Assembly: GCA_035352955.1 (NCBI GenBank)
Contig: DAOPYQ010000011.1
Coordinates: forward strand, 139 to 64,138
Length of the DNA: 64,000 nucleotides
From: Candidatus Omnitrophota bacterium
GTDB lineage: Bacteria > Omnitrophota > Omnitrophia > Omnitrophales > Aquincolibacteriaceae
Direction: 5' to 3'
A program made the position numbers and the translations under genes. Shown piece after piece: positions 27,992 through 38,420 of the stretch. Below the pieces are notes generated by a model. The model made no database searches, had not been told where the DNA came from, and saw nothing but the letters and a program-made list of their open reading frames with translations. Every line of letters begins with the position of its first letter. Position 1 is the first letter of the stretch.

Positions 27992-30493
27992 TCAAACGGG
28001 CGTGCCGAGAAGTTTTTTCAGTTTATCGGAAGAAAGATCAAGCTCATCCATCAACTGATGCAAATGGATCTCTTCGCTCCGGATCACCTGCGGGATCGCA
28101 TGCGGACTCCCCCTCCAGGATTTGAAAAGCGCGAACAGATCATCCTGGGCTTCGCGCTTGTCCAGGAACACCTCGATCTTTTTGGCGAGACGGACGATCG
28201 AAAGAAGTTTCTGGATCACTTCGGGATCCAGCTTCGCGATAAATTCCTTGATCCCTTTGGAGAGTTCGGCGCTCAGGTACTGCGCGATCGGCTCTTTCCG
28301 GAGAGGGACATCCAACGCTTTGGCCGAATCCATCAACCGATAGATCGAAAGCGTCCGTTTGCTCTGGAACCCTTTGCTGCCCCACTCGTGGATCGCATCC
28401 AGCATCCGCTTGCTCAGCGTATGCTCGGCCGCGTAACGGAACTCCACGGGGATCGGCACATTGATCGACCGGTAGATCTCGTTCATCCGGAGGTTTTCTT
28501 CGTAGATATTCTCGTAGAAACGGCTAACCTTCTCGATCGTCTCGTGCGTGAGGATACTGATGATCTTCGCGCGATCCCCCAGGCGGAGGTCCTTCAGGGC
28601 GTAATAGGCCTCGCCAAAGCAGGCATCGATCTTCTTGGAGAGGTCGAGGATCGGAAGCTGGTAGAGCCCCTCAAAAAGTTCTTTTTCAAGTCTCTCGAAC
28701 TCTTCTTCGTTGGTATAGGGCATCACGGAGCAACGAAAATCGTAGAACCCGATCTGGATCACCACAAAGACCAGGGTCTGTTCCTCGAGCGTGGTCTGGG
28801 AAACGACCCTCACGCGGCCGAAATTCATCGTCACCGTTCCGAAAAATTCCTTGCGCTGATGCAGCACATGGAGGTCGAAATTAAAGATCCGGACCATGTC
28901 GGTCTTCGGGTCCGGCGTATAAAAATTCTCAAAGATAGAACCGATCGCGTAATAGCTTACGATATGCCGGAGCGACGCCATCGCGGGCCGCACCAGCTTT
29001 TCGTAAACCCCCTGCCCGTCCCTGAAAAATTCGATGTTGCTTTTGGCGAGCGACAGGTGTTCGAGAAAACTTTTCTCGTGATCGATCCCGCTCACCTCAT
29101 GCGCGAGCTGCAACGCCCGGGCCGCGTACTGGAGGATCTGGATGGTTTCAAGCCCGGAAAGCTCCGAAAAGAACCAGCCGCAACTCGTGTACATCAGCAT
29201 GAGATAACGCTGCATTTCCATAAGTTTGAGGCACTGCGTGATCTCACGCGCGGAAAGCTGGCGGACGGCCTGGCGCTCAAAGAATTCCCGAATGGTCTGC
29301 GGAGTCCTCTGGAGGATCACGTGAATATAATCGTCGCGAGCGACCCAAACGTCCCGGAGGTATTTTCCGCCTTCCTTCTCGTAGATCTGCGTTAGTTCAT
29401 CCCGCAACCAATCGAGCGCCCAACGAAGGGGCTTGCGCCAATGCTGGGTCCAATTCCCCGGTCCGTCGCCACGGCAACCGCAGTGGTCCTTCCACCGCAT
29501 GACACCGTGCGCGCAGCTCCAAGAAGTCCCTTCATTATTATCGCCCTCGATCAGCCTCACTTCATGCCGCGGCGGATTCTCTTCGAGGAACTCCGCATAA
29601 TTGACGATGCGATACCCGCGGCGAGGGATCTCGATATAAGTCAAGTACCCGAGCACGCGATCGCCGTACGCCTTGTGATGACCGTAGGTCTCGCCGTCAG
29701 TCGCGATATGGATCAGCTGCGGCCGGTCCCATTCCAGGATCGCGCTTTCCAGCCGTCGCATGAAAAGTTTCGCGTCGAACAAAAGATTATCAAACCCCAC
29801 GGCCTTGGAGATCGGACCGTCATAAAAAAAGATATCGATGAAAAGCGAGGGATTGTTCTTTAAAAAATACCGGTAGGGCTGCCTGGGATCGATACGACCG
29901 CCGCTCACATCCTGCCACTCACCGCCTTCGAGCGGACGGACGGCTCGAACCTGATGAGGGGAAAGAATGATGTACTTGATCTTCTCCGCGACAAGGACTT
30001 CGAGCGTTTCTTCATTGCAGGCGGTCTCGGGGAGCCAGATGCTCTCGGGCATACGGCCGTAACGATGACGGAAATCGTCGATCCCCCAACGGACCTGGGT
30101 TTTCTTGTCCCGGAGATTCGCGAGCGGCATGATCATGTGGTTGTAGACCTGCGCGATCGCATTGCCGTGACCGCGGTGGGCCTCGCAACTCAACCGATCG
30201 GCCAGCAGAATACTCTGGTAGGTGTCGGGATGTTTCGTCTCGAGCCAGGAAAGAAGCGTCGGCCCGAAATTAAAACTCGAACGCTCGAAATTATTGGCGA
30301 TATCGGCGATCCTGCCCCTGGCGTCAAGGGCACGGGCGCGGGAATTGGGGAGATAACATTCGTAGTGGATACGCTCATTCCAGTCGTGGAACGGTGCCGC
30401 GCTGTCCTGCTGTTCGATCTCTTCGATCCAGGGATTCTCACGCGGCGGCTGGTAAAAATGTCCGTGAAGGCAAATGCAAACTTCCTTCGCCAT
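27992..30493 (-). CDS. Glycoside hydrolase family 57 protein (GH57 plus a DUF3536-like C-terminal domain)
   Basis: N-terminal ICLHGHFYQPPRENPW is the GH57 signature; 833 aa. Confidence 0.85.
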   Translation of the reverse strand: MAKEVCICLHGHFYQPPRENPWIEEIEQQDSAAPFHDWNERIHYECYLPNSRARALDARGRIADIANNFERSSFNFGPTLLSWLETKHPDTYQSILLADRLSCEAHRGHGNAIAQVYNHMIMPLANLRDKKTQVRWGIDDFRHRYGRMPESIWLPETACNEETLEVLVAEKIKYIILSPHQVRAVRPLEGGEWQDVSGGRIDPRQPYRYFLKNNPSLFIDIFFYDGPISKAVGFDNLLFDAKLFMRRLESAILEWDRPQLIHIATDGETYGHHKAYGDRVLGYLTYIEIPRRGYRIVNYAEFLEENPPRHEVRLIEGDNNEGTSWSCAHGVMRWKDHCGCRGDGPGNWTQHWRKPLRWALDWLRDELTQIYEKEGGKYLRDVWVARDDYIHVILQRTPQTIREFFERQAVRQLSAREITQCLKLMEMQRYLMLMYTSCGWFFSELSGLETIQILQYAARALQLAHEVSGIDHEKSFLEHLSLAKSNIEFFRDGQGVYEKLVRPAMASLRHIVSYYAIGSIFENFYTPDPKTDMVRIFNFDLHVLHQRKEFFGTVTMNFGRVRVVSQTTLEEQTLVFVVIQIGFYDFRCSVMPYTNEEEFERLEKELFEGLYQLPILDLSKKIDACFGEAYYALKDLRLGDRAKIISILTHETIEKVSRFYENIYEENLRMNEIYRSINVPIPVEFRYAAEHTLSKRMLDAIHEWGSKGFQSKRTLSIYRLMDSAKALDVPLRKEPIAQYLSAELSKGIKEFIAKLDPEVIQKLLSIVRLAKKIEVFLDKREAQDDLFALFKSWRGSPHAIPQVIRSEEIHLHQLMDELDLSSDKLKKLLGTPV

Positions 30494-30522
30494 AAATTCT
30501 CCCGCTTATTAAAAAGCGCCGG

Positions 30523-31107
30523 TCAGGCGGGCCAGGAAGCCGCGATCTGCGCGACCTCCGCCAGCATCTTCTTGCGCTCCGCGTCCGTAACGGTCGGCAC
30601 TGACCCGAAATATTTGTGCCCGATCATTTCCATGCCGCAGAACTTGAACGTCTCATTGTCAATGATCTGCTCCATGCTCTTGATCCCGCCGGAGGATTCG
30701 GCGACCGCAAGCGGCGCGCCCATCGTACTGAAGCAAAAGACCTTTTTCCCCGGCAAAAGTCCGACCGGCCCGGTGGCCGTGTAATCGTACGCGAATCCTT
30801 TAATGAGAACCCGGTCAAAATAGCCGCAGGCGGCCGCAGGAAGTCTCCCCCACCAGACCGGATAGATAAAAACAAGAACATCCGCCCACCGCACATGTTC
30901 CTGTTCGATCGCAATATCGGCCGGAGTCTTTCCGGCAAGGAATGTTTCGAAATCCGAAGCGCTGAGCACCGGATCGAAACGAAGGGCGTAGAGGTCGCGG
31001 ACACGAACGGTCTGGTTCTTTTTTTTCAGTGTTTCAACGACAGTTTCACGGATGGCGTGGTTGAAACTTTTGGGATTCGGATGGGTGTAAACGATCAAAT
31101 AATTCAT
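30523..31107 (-). CDS. Flavodoxin-like NAD(P)H:quinone oxidoreductase
   Basis: MNYLIVYTHPNPKSFNHA and VFIYPVWWG motifs of the Flavodoxin_2/NQO family. Confidence 0.75.
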   Translation of the reverse strand: MNYLIVYTHPNPKSFNHAIRETVVETLKKKNQTVRVRDLYALRFDPVLSASDFETFLAGKTPADIAIEQEHVRWADVLVFIYPVWWGRLPAAACGYFDRVLIKGFAYDYTATGPVGLLPGKKVFCFSTMGAPLAVAESSGGIKSMEQIIDNETFKFCGMEMIGHKYFGSVPTVTDAERKKMLAEVAQIAASWPA

Positions 31108-31222
31108 GAATATAACCTCCGGTCAATGTGCCGCTAATATATCATAATCCCGGGAGAACGGAGCGGGCTAATTTCAGAAAGGACTTCCTTGGACTATCCG
31201 CGGCGGGCCCTGCATCATCCGG

Positions 31223-32182
31223 TCAAAGGCGTTCGGGATTTCTCAAAAACCACGAAACCGTATCTTTCAATCCTCTGGCAAAAGAAACCGACGGCCTGTA
31301 CCCGAGCAAACGGCGCGCCTTCGTGATATCCGCAAAGGTCCTGCGGACATCCCCCGGCCGCTTCGCTCCGTAACGGATGCGGATCTTCTTAAGCCCCAGG
31401 ATCTTCTGAAGCCCTCTGAGACAATCAATGATCCGGATCTCCGTGTGCGTTCCGATGTTGAACGACTCTCCGGAAATACCCGGTTTTTTCATCGCAAGGA
31501 GATTGGCTGCCACCACATCGGCGACATGGACAAAATCGCGCGATTGTTTGCCGTCCCAGTGAACCTCGGCAGGGACCCCCTCAAGCAGGCATTTCAGAAA
31601 GATCGGGATCACGTTCGCGTACCGCGATTTGGGGTTCTGGCGGGGACCGTAAACGTTGAAATACCGGAGCGAAACCGTTTCAAGGCCATAGGCCTTGGAG
31701 AAAACCTGACAATAATATTCGCCCATGAGCTTCGACGCGCCATAAGGCGATTCCGGTTTGTAAGGATCCTCTTCGCGCGTCGGGAATTTGAGCGTTTCGC
31801 CAAAAACCGCGGACGAAGACGTAAAAATGACCCGCTTCACCCCGGCGTCCCGGCTTTCCAAAAGAAGCCGGAAGATCCCGGTCACATTCACATCATGGGT
31901 TTCGACGGGTTGATCCACCGACTGTGCGACCGCGGCAATCGCCGCCATGTGAAAAACATACGAAACTCCCGTCACGGCCCGCCGGAGGGTCTTCTCATCA
32001 CGGAGATCGCCCCGGACCAGTTCGATCCGGGAACGGCAATGCTTCAGATTGGCTGCCTTGCCGGTTGAAAAGTTGTCCAACACACGCACCCGGCAACCAC
32101 GGGCCAAAAGCCCGTCTACAAGATTGGACCCGATGAACCCGGCGCCACCGGTCACAAGACAAAGCGTTTTTTTTCCGGACAT
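31223..32182 (-). CDS. NAD-dependent sugar epimerase/dehydratase (SDR, GalE/WbpP-like)
   Basis: Rossmann motif VTGGAGFIGS and catalytic YxxxK (YGASKLMGE). Start at the internal MSGKK with a GAGGAG Shine-Dalgarno. Confidence 0.85.
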   Translation of the reverse strand: MSGKKTLCLVTGGAGFIGSNLVDGLLARGCRVRVLDNFSTGKAANLKHCRSRIELVRGDLRDEKTLRRAVTGVSYVFHMAAIAAVAQSVDQPVETHDVNVTGIFRLLLESRDAGVKRVIFTSSSAVFGETLKFPTREEDPYKPESPYGASKLMGEYYCQVFSKAYGLETVSLRYFNVYGPRQNPKSRYANVIPIFLKCLLEGVPAEVHWDGKQSRDFVHVADVVAANLLAMKKPGISGESFNIGTHTEIRIIDCLRGLQKILGLKKIRIRYGAKRPGDVRRTFADITKARRLLGYRPSVSFARGLKDTVSWFLRNPERL

Positions 32183-32206
32183 AAAAAGCGGTTCTCCTCT
32201 CACGGA

Positions 32207-33451
32207 TTAAACGGCGGGATCTTTCTCCCCGGCCGTTGATGAAAAAAGGCACATCTTCTGGACACGAAGACCCTTCAAAAAAAGAACGGCGGCCCACTTG
32301 GAGTCCACGGCGCCGCCATTGCGGATCTCCGCCGAACTTTTACCGGACTCTTTTTTGAAACGGAGGACCTTCTTCTCAACCTGATCGCTCAAGGGAGACG
32401 CCGTCAAATAATCGTACGCCGTCGCCATCACAACCGATTTTTCTTTTTCCACAAGAAGGCCTTCCGACGCCACCTCGACCCTGAGAGCCGGAGAATCTTC
32501 GGCCACGGAATCCGCCGCGATCTGGGTTTCGTGAAGGATCTTGTCGGCGGGGATCTCGGTCGTGGCAGCGGTCGCCGCATCCAGGACCGCCTCAAGGCCT
32601 TGGGCGGCCTTGAGCTTTTCAAGATAAAAACGCATATAGGTCTGTTCGCGGGGCGTGTAGTAAGGGTTATTCAAAAAAGCAACCGTCTTTTCTTTCGAAA
32701 AACCGAGGTCCATGAGCGCTTTCTGGTTCATCTGAAAAAGGTCCGCCCGATCGCTGTCATTGACAAGCTCGTCGGCCGCATTGTTGATGTTGCTGACCGT
32801 AATCACCGCGGAAGCGATCAGCCCGGCGGGCACAAAAAAAGTCGCGACCGCGACGATGCCTCGTCCCCCCATACGCGCCTTGGCCATCGAATTCAACCGT
32901 TCCTGGAGTTTTTCGTTGCGGGTATAGACGTCGATCCCGAATTTTTTCGCGAGGTCGCGCTTCGTTGAACCGAGAAGCCCCTCGCTCGCGCTGGTTTTCT
33001 CGCCTTCTTCTTTCTTGCGAAAAGCTCCCCCGATCTTACCTCCCAATTTACCGATCCCTTTTCCGATCCCGGAAACGGAATCTACCGGATGGATGGCCAG
33101 GTTCTTCAACCCGGTCCCGGTGTCCTTCAGAGAATCCACCGCGCCCGCCGCAACCCCATCGCCGGTGCCCTCATTATTTTTCATCTGCACAAGCACATCG
33201 ATCTCATGAAGACATTTCCGGAGCGCCGCCAGACCGTGAACCGTATAAACTCCATCGGGAGATGAGAGCGAAAAAACAAGAAACCCCGGGGCCGCGGGCT
33301 CGTCTTTAACGCTCACGATCGACGCATAGGGAGACTGGCCCGCCGGATAAAACCCTTTGGGAAGACGAAGGTCCTGCATCGTCACTTCGCCAAAAACCGC
33401 CCCCTGCACCAGAAAAACAAAACTCAACGCAAGCGTTCCGATCTTTTTCAT
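32207..33451 (-). CDS. Secreted hypothetical protein (about 415 aa)
   Basis: Start at MKKIGTLALSFVFLVQGAVFG (signal peptide, AAGGAG Shine-Dalgarno); Gly/Lys-rich repeat region; no family recognised. Confidence 0.5.
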   Translation of the reverse strand: MKKIGTLALSFVFLVQGAVFGEVTMQDLRLPKGFYPAGQSPYASIVSVKDEPAAPGFLVFSLSSPDGVYTVHGLAALRKCLHEIDVLVQMKNNEGTGDGVAAGAVDSLKDTGTGLKNLAIHPVDSVSGIGKGIGKLGGKIGGAFRKKEEGEKTSASEGLLGSTKRDLAKKFGIDVYTRNEKLQERLNSMAKARMGGRGIVAVATFFVPAGLIASAVITVSNINNAADELVNDSDRADLFQMNQKALMDLGFSKEKTVAFLNNPYYTPREQTYMRFYLEKLKAAQGLEAVLDAATAATTEIPADKILHETQIAADSVAEDSPALRVEVASEGLLVEKEKSVVMATAYDYLTASPLSDQVEKKVLRFKKESGKSSAEIRNGGAVDSKWAAVLFLKGLRVQKMCLFSSTAGEKDPAV

Positions 33452-33507
33452 CGTGCTCTCCTTAAGCTTTTTTCGCCAGAATGGAGGATTTAAAAATGAC
33501 TCCCGCT

Positions 33508-34917
33508 TCAAGCCTTTCCAGAATTCTCCTGCCGGAGGATCTCAATAAAAACATCCACGATCCCGGGATTGAACTGAACACCGCGGTTCTTTTGCAATTC
33601 TTCAAGCGCGGCATCCTGAGTCAGGGCGGGACGGTAAGCCCTCGTCGAGGTCATCGCGTCATAAGCATCCGCCACCGAAAGGATTTGCGCAAAAACATTG
33701 ATCTGGTCTCCGGCCAAATGATCCGGATACCCTTGCCCGTCGTAACGTTCATGATGACCGCGAACGATGGCAAGCATTTCCTGGCTCAAAAGCACCGGCC
33801 TCAAAATATCTTCTCCCAGCGCCGGATGGTTCCTCAGAAGTTCCCATTCCACGTCCGTAAGCCGCTCCGTCTTTTTCAGGATCTCCTCGTGGATCCCGAG
33901 CTTCCCGATATCATGAAGGACCGCCGTTTGTTTCAACATTTCAACCGTCTCCGTCGGGAAACCGATTTTCATCGCGATCTGTCCCGCATATTCCGCAACC
34001 CGTTCCGAATGACCGCGCGTGTAAGGGTCGCGGGCTTCAACGATCCGCACAAGCGACTGAATGATCCCGTAAAAATAATCCCGATTCTTCTGCCGGGTCT
34101 CCCGGAGGTCCTGCGTCATCCGATTGAAAGAATGGGCAAGGTCGGCGATCTCGTCGTTCCCGCAAAGTTCCACCGGATGTTCAAGGTCCCCGCGGCTGAC
34201 TCGCCGGATCCCTTCCCCGAGCGCGGCAACCGAACGTGTGATCCTGAACGAGATCCACATTCCGAACAGAAATGAAAAAATAGCACCGATCAGGAAAACA
34301 ACCACCGCCCTCTCATGAAAGGCTTTCTGAACGACGAGGATATCGGAGGCCATGAGGTCGATCCCGAGGATCGCGACCGCATTCCCCTTTTCATCACGGA
34401 TAGGGGCGTACCCCGAAAGCATGCTTCCCCATTCATCCGTTCCGACCTCTTTTTCAGCGAAAGGAACACTAAAGGCCTGCGGCATATTCGGGAAATGCAC
34501 GGTACTGTAACGATCGCCGGGGTAAGCGGAAAGGCCTTCATTCCTTCTCAGATACGGATCGGGATCCACCACAAACTGGAGAACGTCGGGACGCTCAGTC
34601 CGCGCCATCACATAAATATAACCGATCGAAGGGTTCTCTTCTTTGATCCGCCGTAAGATCCCGTAGATTTTTTGGAACGCGGGTGTTTCGATCCCCGCGC
34701 GATTTAACGGGATAGCCTTGATCGCCTCGGCATCGAGACTCAGGGCCACGGACGAGGCAAGGATCGTAAGTCTGTTGCGCAGTTGCTCAAACTGAGAATC
34801 CAAAGCGACCTGGCGCAGAATGAGGTCGCTCGCAAACGCCATGAAAAACATTCCGAAAACAAGCACCAAGGTCACCTTGGCGCGAAAGCTGTTCAAAAAA
34901 GATCTTTTTTCCGTCAT
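33508..34917 (-). CDS. Membrane sensor with periplasmic Cache-like domain, HAMP and HD-GYP phosphodiesterase
   Basis: Two TM segments flank a periplasmic domain; HAMP region; the HD motif (HDIGK) and GYP motif (HHERYDGQGYP) indicate c-di-GMP phosphodiesterase activity. Confidence 0.8.
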   Translation of the reverse strand: MTEKRSFLNSFRAKVTLVLVFGMFFMAFASDLILRQVALDSQFEQLRNRLTILASSVALSLDAEAIKAIPLNRAGIETPAFQKIYGILRRIKEENPSIGYIYVMARTERPDVLQFVVDPDPYLRRNEGLSAYPGDRYSTVHFPNMPQAFSVPFAEKEVGTDEWGSMLSGYAPIRDEKGNAVAILGIDLMASDILVVQKAFHERAVVVFLIGAIFSFLFGMWISFRITRSVAALGEGIRRVSRGDLEHPVELCGNDEIADLAHSFNRMTQDLRETRQKNRDYFYGIIQSLVRIVEARDPYTRGHSERVAEYAGQIAMKIGFPTETVEMLKQTAVLHDIGKLGIHEEILKKTERLTDVEWELLRNHPALGEDILRPVLLSQEMLAIVRGHHERYDGQGYPDHLAGDQINVFAQILSVADAYDAMTSTRAYRPALTQDAALEELQKNRGVQFNPGIVDVFIEILRQENSGKA

Positions 34918-35059
34918 CGCAGAACCTGAAGTTGAGATAAAGATGGCGACCCGGCTATTTTACACTGGAAACCGTTCCGGTCAAAACATCCGTAAAAAGA
35001 AAAAGCCAGGTCAACGCGACCTGGCTTTTCCGAACCAGAACTTCCGGTTCTTATCATCA

Positions 35060-35437
35060 TTAGGCGGGCTTTTTTTCCGTTTCTGCCGCCGCAGCGTCAA
35101 CTTTCTTCCCGTCCTCCATATCTTTCATCATCGGGCACATCTTGCCGCCCATCGGCGCGGGCATTTTGACCTCAACTTCTTTTACTAGGTCCAGATTCGC
35201 GTCATATTTCATGAGCTTATTGCCCGCCAGCACGATCACACCGCCATCATTCGATGCGACCATCGAGGTCTTTCTCATCATCGACATCATGCCGGGGTAC
35301 CCCATCTCTTTCCCCGGTTTCATGGAAGATTTCTCTTTCATCATTCCCCGCATATCCTGCGGGGATGTTTCTTCAGCGAACGCGGGGATTGGGACCAAAA
35401 ACGACAGCACGACCAAAATCAAGAGAGCCTTTTTCAT
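35060..35437 (-). CDS. Secreted methionine-rich small protein (candidate periplasmic Cu(I)/Ag(I)-binding protein)
   Basis: Signal peptide, then about 17 Met in roughly 100 residues, clustered as MMKEKSSMKPGKEMGYPGMMSMMRK and MPAPMGGKMCPMMKDM. Confidence 0.6.
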   Translation of the reverse strand: MKKALLILVVLSFLVPIPAFAEETSPQDMRGMMKEKSSMKPGKEMGYPGMMSMMRKTSMVASNDGGVIVLAGNKLMKYDANLDLVKEVEVKMPAPMGGKMCPMMKDMEDGKKVDAAAAETEKKPA

Positions 35438-35471
35438 TGTCTGCCTCCGTGGTAGTGGAACGGTTCGTCAA

Positions 35472-36479
35472 CTAGGCTTTCCCGGCGGACCCGAGCACCT
35501 TTTCGTTCTTGTGTTTGTACATAGTGATCAACGCGTCGCGGGCGGGACCGAGATATTTGCGCGGATCGAATTCCGCAGGCTTATCCTTAAAAAGCTTCCG
35601 GACCGCGGCCGTCATCCAAAGCCGTCCGTCGGAATCGATATTGACCTTGCAAACCGCCGAGGTCGCGGCCTTGCGAAGCTGCTCTTCCGGAATACCGATG
35701 GTATCCTTCATGGCACCGCCGTTCTCATTGATGATCTTGACCGCTTCCACGGGCACCGAAGAAGAGCCGTGAAGCACGATCGGAAATCCGGGGATCCGTT
35801 TCTCGATCTCTTCGAGGATATCAAACCTCAGCGGGGGCGGGACCAGAACACCGTCGGCGTTCCGCGTGCACTGTTCAGGCTTGAACTTGTTCGCACCGTG
35901 CGAAGTTCCAATCGAGATCGCGAGCGAATCAACGCCGGTCTTTTTCACGAAGTCCTGGACCTCTTCCGGCTGCGTGTAGTGAGAATGCTCGGAGCTCACT
36001 TCATCCTCGATCCCGGCCAAAACACCGAGCTCGCCTTCCACGGTCACGTCATGTTTATGGGCGAATTCCACGACCTGCTTGGTCAACGCCACATTCTTTT
36101 CGTAAGGATGGTGAGAACCGTCGATCATCACGGAGGAAAAACCTGACTCGATGCAGGATTTCGCGAGCTCGAAAGTATCCCCATGATCCAGATGGAGCGC
36201 CATCGGAACGGGTTTCAGGTTCTTGGATTTGGCATAAACCTTCATCATCTCGACCGCGCCTTTGCCCATGTACTGGAGCAGCGTCTGGTCGGCGTACTTG
36301 CGTGCCCCGCTCGAGACCTGGAGGATCACCGGCGACTGCGTTTCCACGCAGGCGATCACGATGGCCTGGATCTGTTCCATGTTGTTGAAGTTGTAGGCCG
36401 GGATGGCATACTTGCCCGCCATCGCCTTTTTGAACATTTCGCGCGTGTTAACGAACCCGAGCTCTTTATACGAAACCAT
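35472..36479 (-). CDS. fba: Class II fructose-bisphosphate aldolase
   Basis: Class II FBA motifs LHLDHG and HGSSSVP. Confidence 0.9.
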   Translation of the reverse strand: MVSYKELGFVNTREMFKKAMAGKYAIPAYNFNNMEQIQAIVIACVETQSPVILQVSSGARKYADQTLLQYMGKGAVEMMKVYAKSKNLKPVPMALHLDHGDTFELAKSCIESGFSSVMIDGSHHPYEKNVALTKQVVEFAHKHDVTVEGELGVLAGIEDEVSSEHSHYTQPEEVQDFVKKTGVDSLAISIGTSHGANKFKPEQCTRNADGVLVPPPLRFDILEEIEKRIPGFPIVLHGSSSVPVEAVKIINENGGAMKDTIGIPEEQLRKAATSAVCKVNIDSDGRLWMTAAVRKLFKDKPAEFDPRKYLGPARDALITMYKHKNEKVLGSAGKA

Positions 36480-36512
36480 TTTTTTCTCCTTGTTGTGAGC
36501 TATCGCTTGTGA

Positions 36513-37100
36513 TTAATAATTTTCGATCCAAATCTCAAAATTCCCCTGCGGATGGTCGCAAACAGGGCAACGTTCCGGAGCCTTCGACGCTTCGACCACA
36601 TAACCGCATTCAAGGCATTTCCAGAAAACCTTCCCGTCTTTGACGAAAAGCTTGTGATGCTCAAGCGCGTTGTGGAGCTTGCTGTAACGCTCCTGGTGAC
36701 GCTTCTCGACCATCGCAACCAGTTTGAAGGTCTTTGCGACCTCCGAGAAACCTTCCTGATCCGCCACCGCGGCAAACGCGGGATAAAGATCGGACCATTC
36801 TTCCTTTTCCCCGTTCGCGGCGTACTGAAGGTTCTTGAGCGTGTCCGCAAAAGCGACGGGATACCCTGCGTGGATCTCCTGGACGTTCTCGTTCATCCCG
36901 TGGTTCAGAAGATGCTTGAAGAAAAGCTTGGCGTGTTCTTTCTCGTTATCCGCAGTCTCAAGAAAAACGTTCGAGATCTGACGATACCCTTCTTTGGCCG
37001 CCACGGAAGAATAATAGGTGTAACGCATACGGGCCTGGGACTCGCCGGCGAATGCCTTCATAAGATTTTCAGCAGTCTTGCTTCCCTTAAACTGTGTCAT
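36513..37100 (-). CDS. Rubrerythrin
   Basis: Ferritin-like diiron domain plus a C-terminal rubredoxin-like CxxC...CxxC (CLECG...CPVCDHP). Start at the internal MTQFKGSK with a CAGGAG Shine-Dalgarno. Confidence 0.85.
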   Translation of the reverse strand: MTQFKGSKTAENLMKAFAGESQARMRYTYYSSVAAKEGYRQISNVFLETADNEKEHAKLFFKHLLNHGMNENVQEIHAGYPVAFADTLKNLQYAANGEKEEWSDLYPAFAAVADQEGFSEVAKTFKLVAMVEKRHQERYSKLHNALEHHKLFVKDGKVFWKCLECGYVVEASKAPERCPVCDHPQGNFEIWIENY

Positions 37101-37267
37101 GTGTGTGTCTCCTGTGTCCGGTAGTTGAAGACCAAAAAGCGGGGCCAAACAGGGCGTCATTATACCATTGCCCCGCGGAGGGTAAACAGAAATGAAGAGG
37201 GACAGCCCCCGTTATTTTCCGGGAGCTGTCCCCTTACTGCACGTTCAGGTTGTGCAGATCCTTCCGG

Positions 37268-37813
37268 TTACTGCGGGCCGGGACCTTCTTCCAGGCCTCC
37301 CTCAGGACCGCCTTCGGGGCCTTCTTCGTGATGCTTCCCCCATTTCCCCTTTTTGCTTTCCATGTGCTTCTTGCGAAGCTCTTCCATCTTGGTGAACTGT
37401 TCGGGCGTTAAAACCGTTTTCATCGCCAGAATCCCGTCCACATGGGACTGGAACATCTTACTCTTCAGGGTGCTGATGTCCGCAACGAGATCCTTGACCT
37501 TCGTCGCATCAGATTGAGGCTTTGCGATCTCAGCGTGAAGTTCCTGCATTTTCGCTTTCAGCTGATCCCGCACACCTTGATTGGTCTCTCGACCGGCCTG
37601 ACGTAATTCATCAAGCTTTTGCTTCTGTTCCGCCGTAAGGTTGAGCTCCTTGAAAAAAGCTTCCTTCCCCTTCCCGTGTTGTCCCTTTTCGTCCATCATG
37701 CCCGGCTCACGGTCATCTCCGGGTCCCGTTTCATTGGCCCAGCCGCAAACCCCCGCCGCACTCAAGAGCATGACAGTGATCACTGCGATCTTCATTTTCC
37801 TGTCCATCTTCAA
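37268..37813 (-). CDS. Periplasmic Spy/CpxP/ZraP-family (LTxxQ) protein
   Basis: Signal peptide; two LTxxQ motifs (LNLTAEQKQKL, LTPEQFTKM); charged Gly/Pro/Glu tail. Confidence 0.65.
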   Translation of the reverse strand: MKMDRKMKIAVITVMLLSAAGVCGWANETGPGDDREPGMMDEKGQHGKGKEAFFKELNLTAEQKQKLDELRQAGRETNQGVRDQLKAKMQELHAEIAKPQSDATKVKDLVADISTLKSKMFQSHVDGILAMKTVLTPEQFTKMEELRKKHMESKKGKWGKHHEEGPEGGPEGGLEEGPGPQ

Positions 37814-37882
37814 ATCCCCCTTTTTGGTTTTTCACTTCTGGCTACTTCGACACTCCCGCCTTCTTAAAAGTTCCCGCTTTTT

Positions 37883-38377
37883 TTATCCGATTCCCTCGAG
37901 GATCTCGTCATACCCCGAAAGATCTCCGTTCAAAAGCTCCGTATCACCGTTCCCGAGCGCGACAAGAAATGACACCTGGTCCCCGATATAATTCGAAACA
38001 TTCTCCGTTGACGTTATCCTGGACGGCAACCTCACAAGGACCACTAACGCGAGAACGATCGCCGTCACGAAGGCCGCGCGAAACACCGGCATCGGAACTT
38101 TTAAGGGTGAAAGCAGGTCCGTCAGCTTTTCAAACCACCCTTCGCGAGGCTCTCTTTGCTGCCCGATCTTCTCGCGGATCCTCTGCCACACCACGGGATC
38201 GGGCTGCAGGGTTGTGCGGCCGAGCGACGCAAGGGAAACCCTGCGGGCCGTTTCAAGCAGTTCCCGGCAACCGGCGCATTCCTTCAGATGCGCATCAATC
38301 CTGAGCGCTTCCTGAGGATCGGCCTCATGGTCCATATAATCTGTAATGAGCTTTTCCCGGATCTTTTTACAATCCAT
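37883..38377 (-). CDS. Anti-sigma factor (zf-HC2 N-terminus plus a single TM)
   Basis: HLKECAGCRE zinc-finger motif and one TM. Immediately downstream of the ECF sigma gene. Confidence 0.65.
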   Translation of the reverse strand: MDCKKIREKLITDYMDHEADPQEALRIDAHLKECAGCRELLETARRVSLASLGRTTLQPDPVVWQRIREKIGQQREPREGWFEKLTDLLSPLKVPMPVFRAAFVTAIVLALVVLVRLPSRITSTENVSNYIGDQVSFLVALGNGDTELLNGDLSGYDEILEGIG

Positions 38378-38420
38378 GATTTTTCACCTCTTTCCGTCTG
38401 TCCAAGTCTTGATTTTGTCC

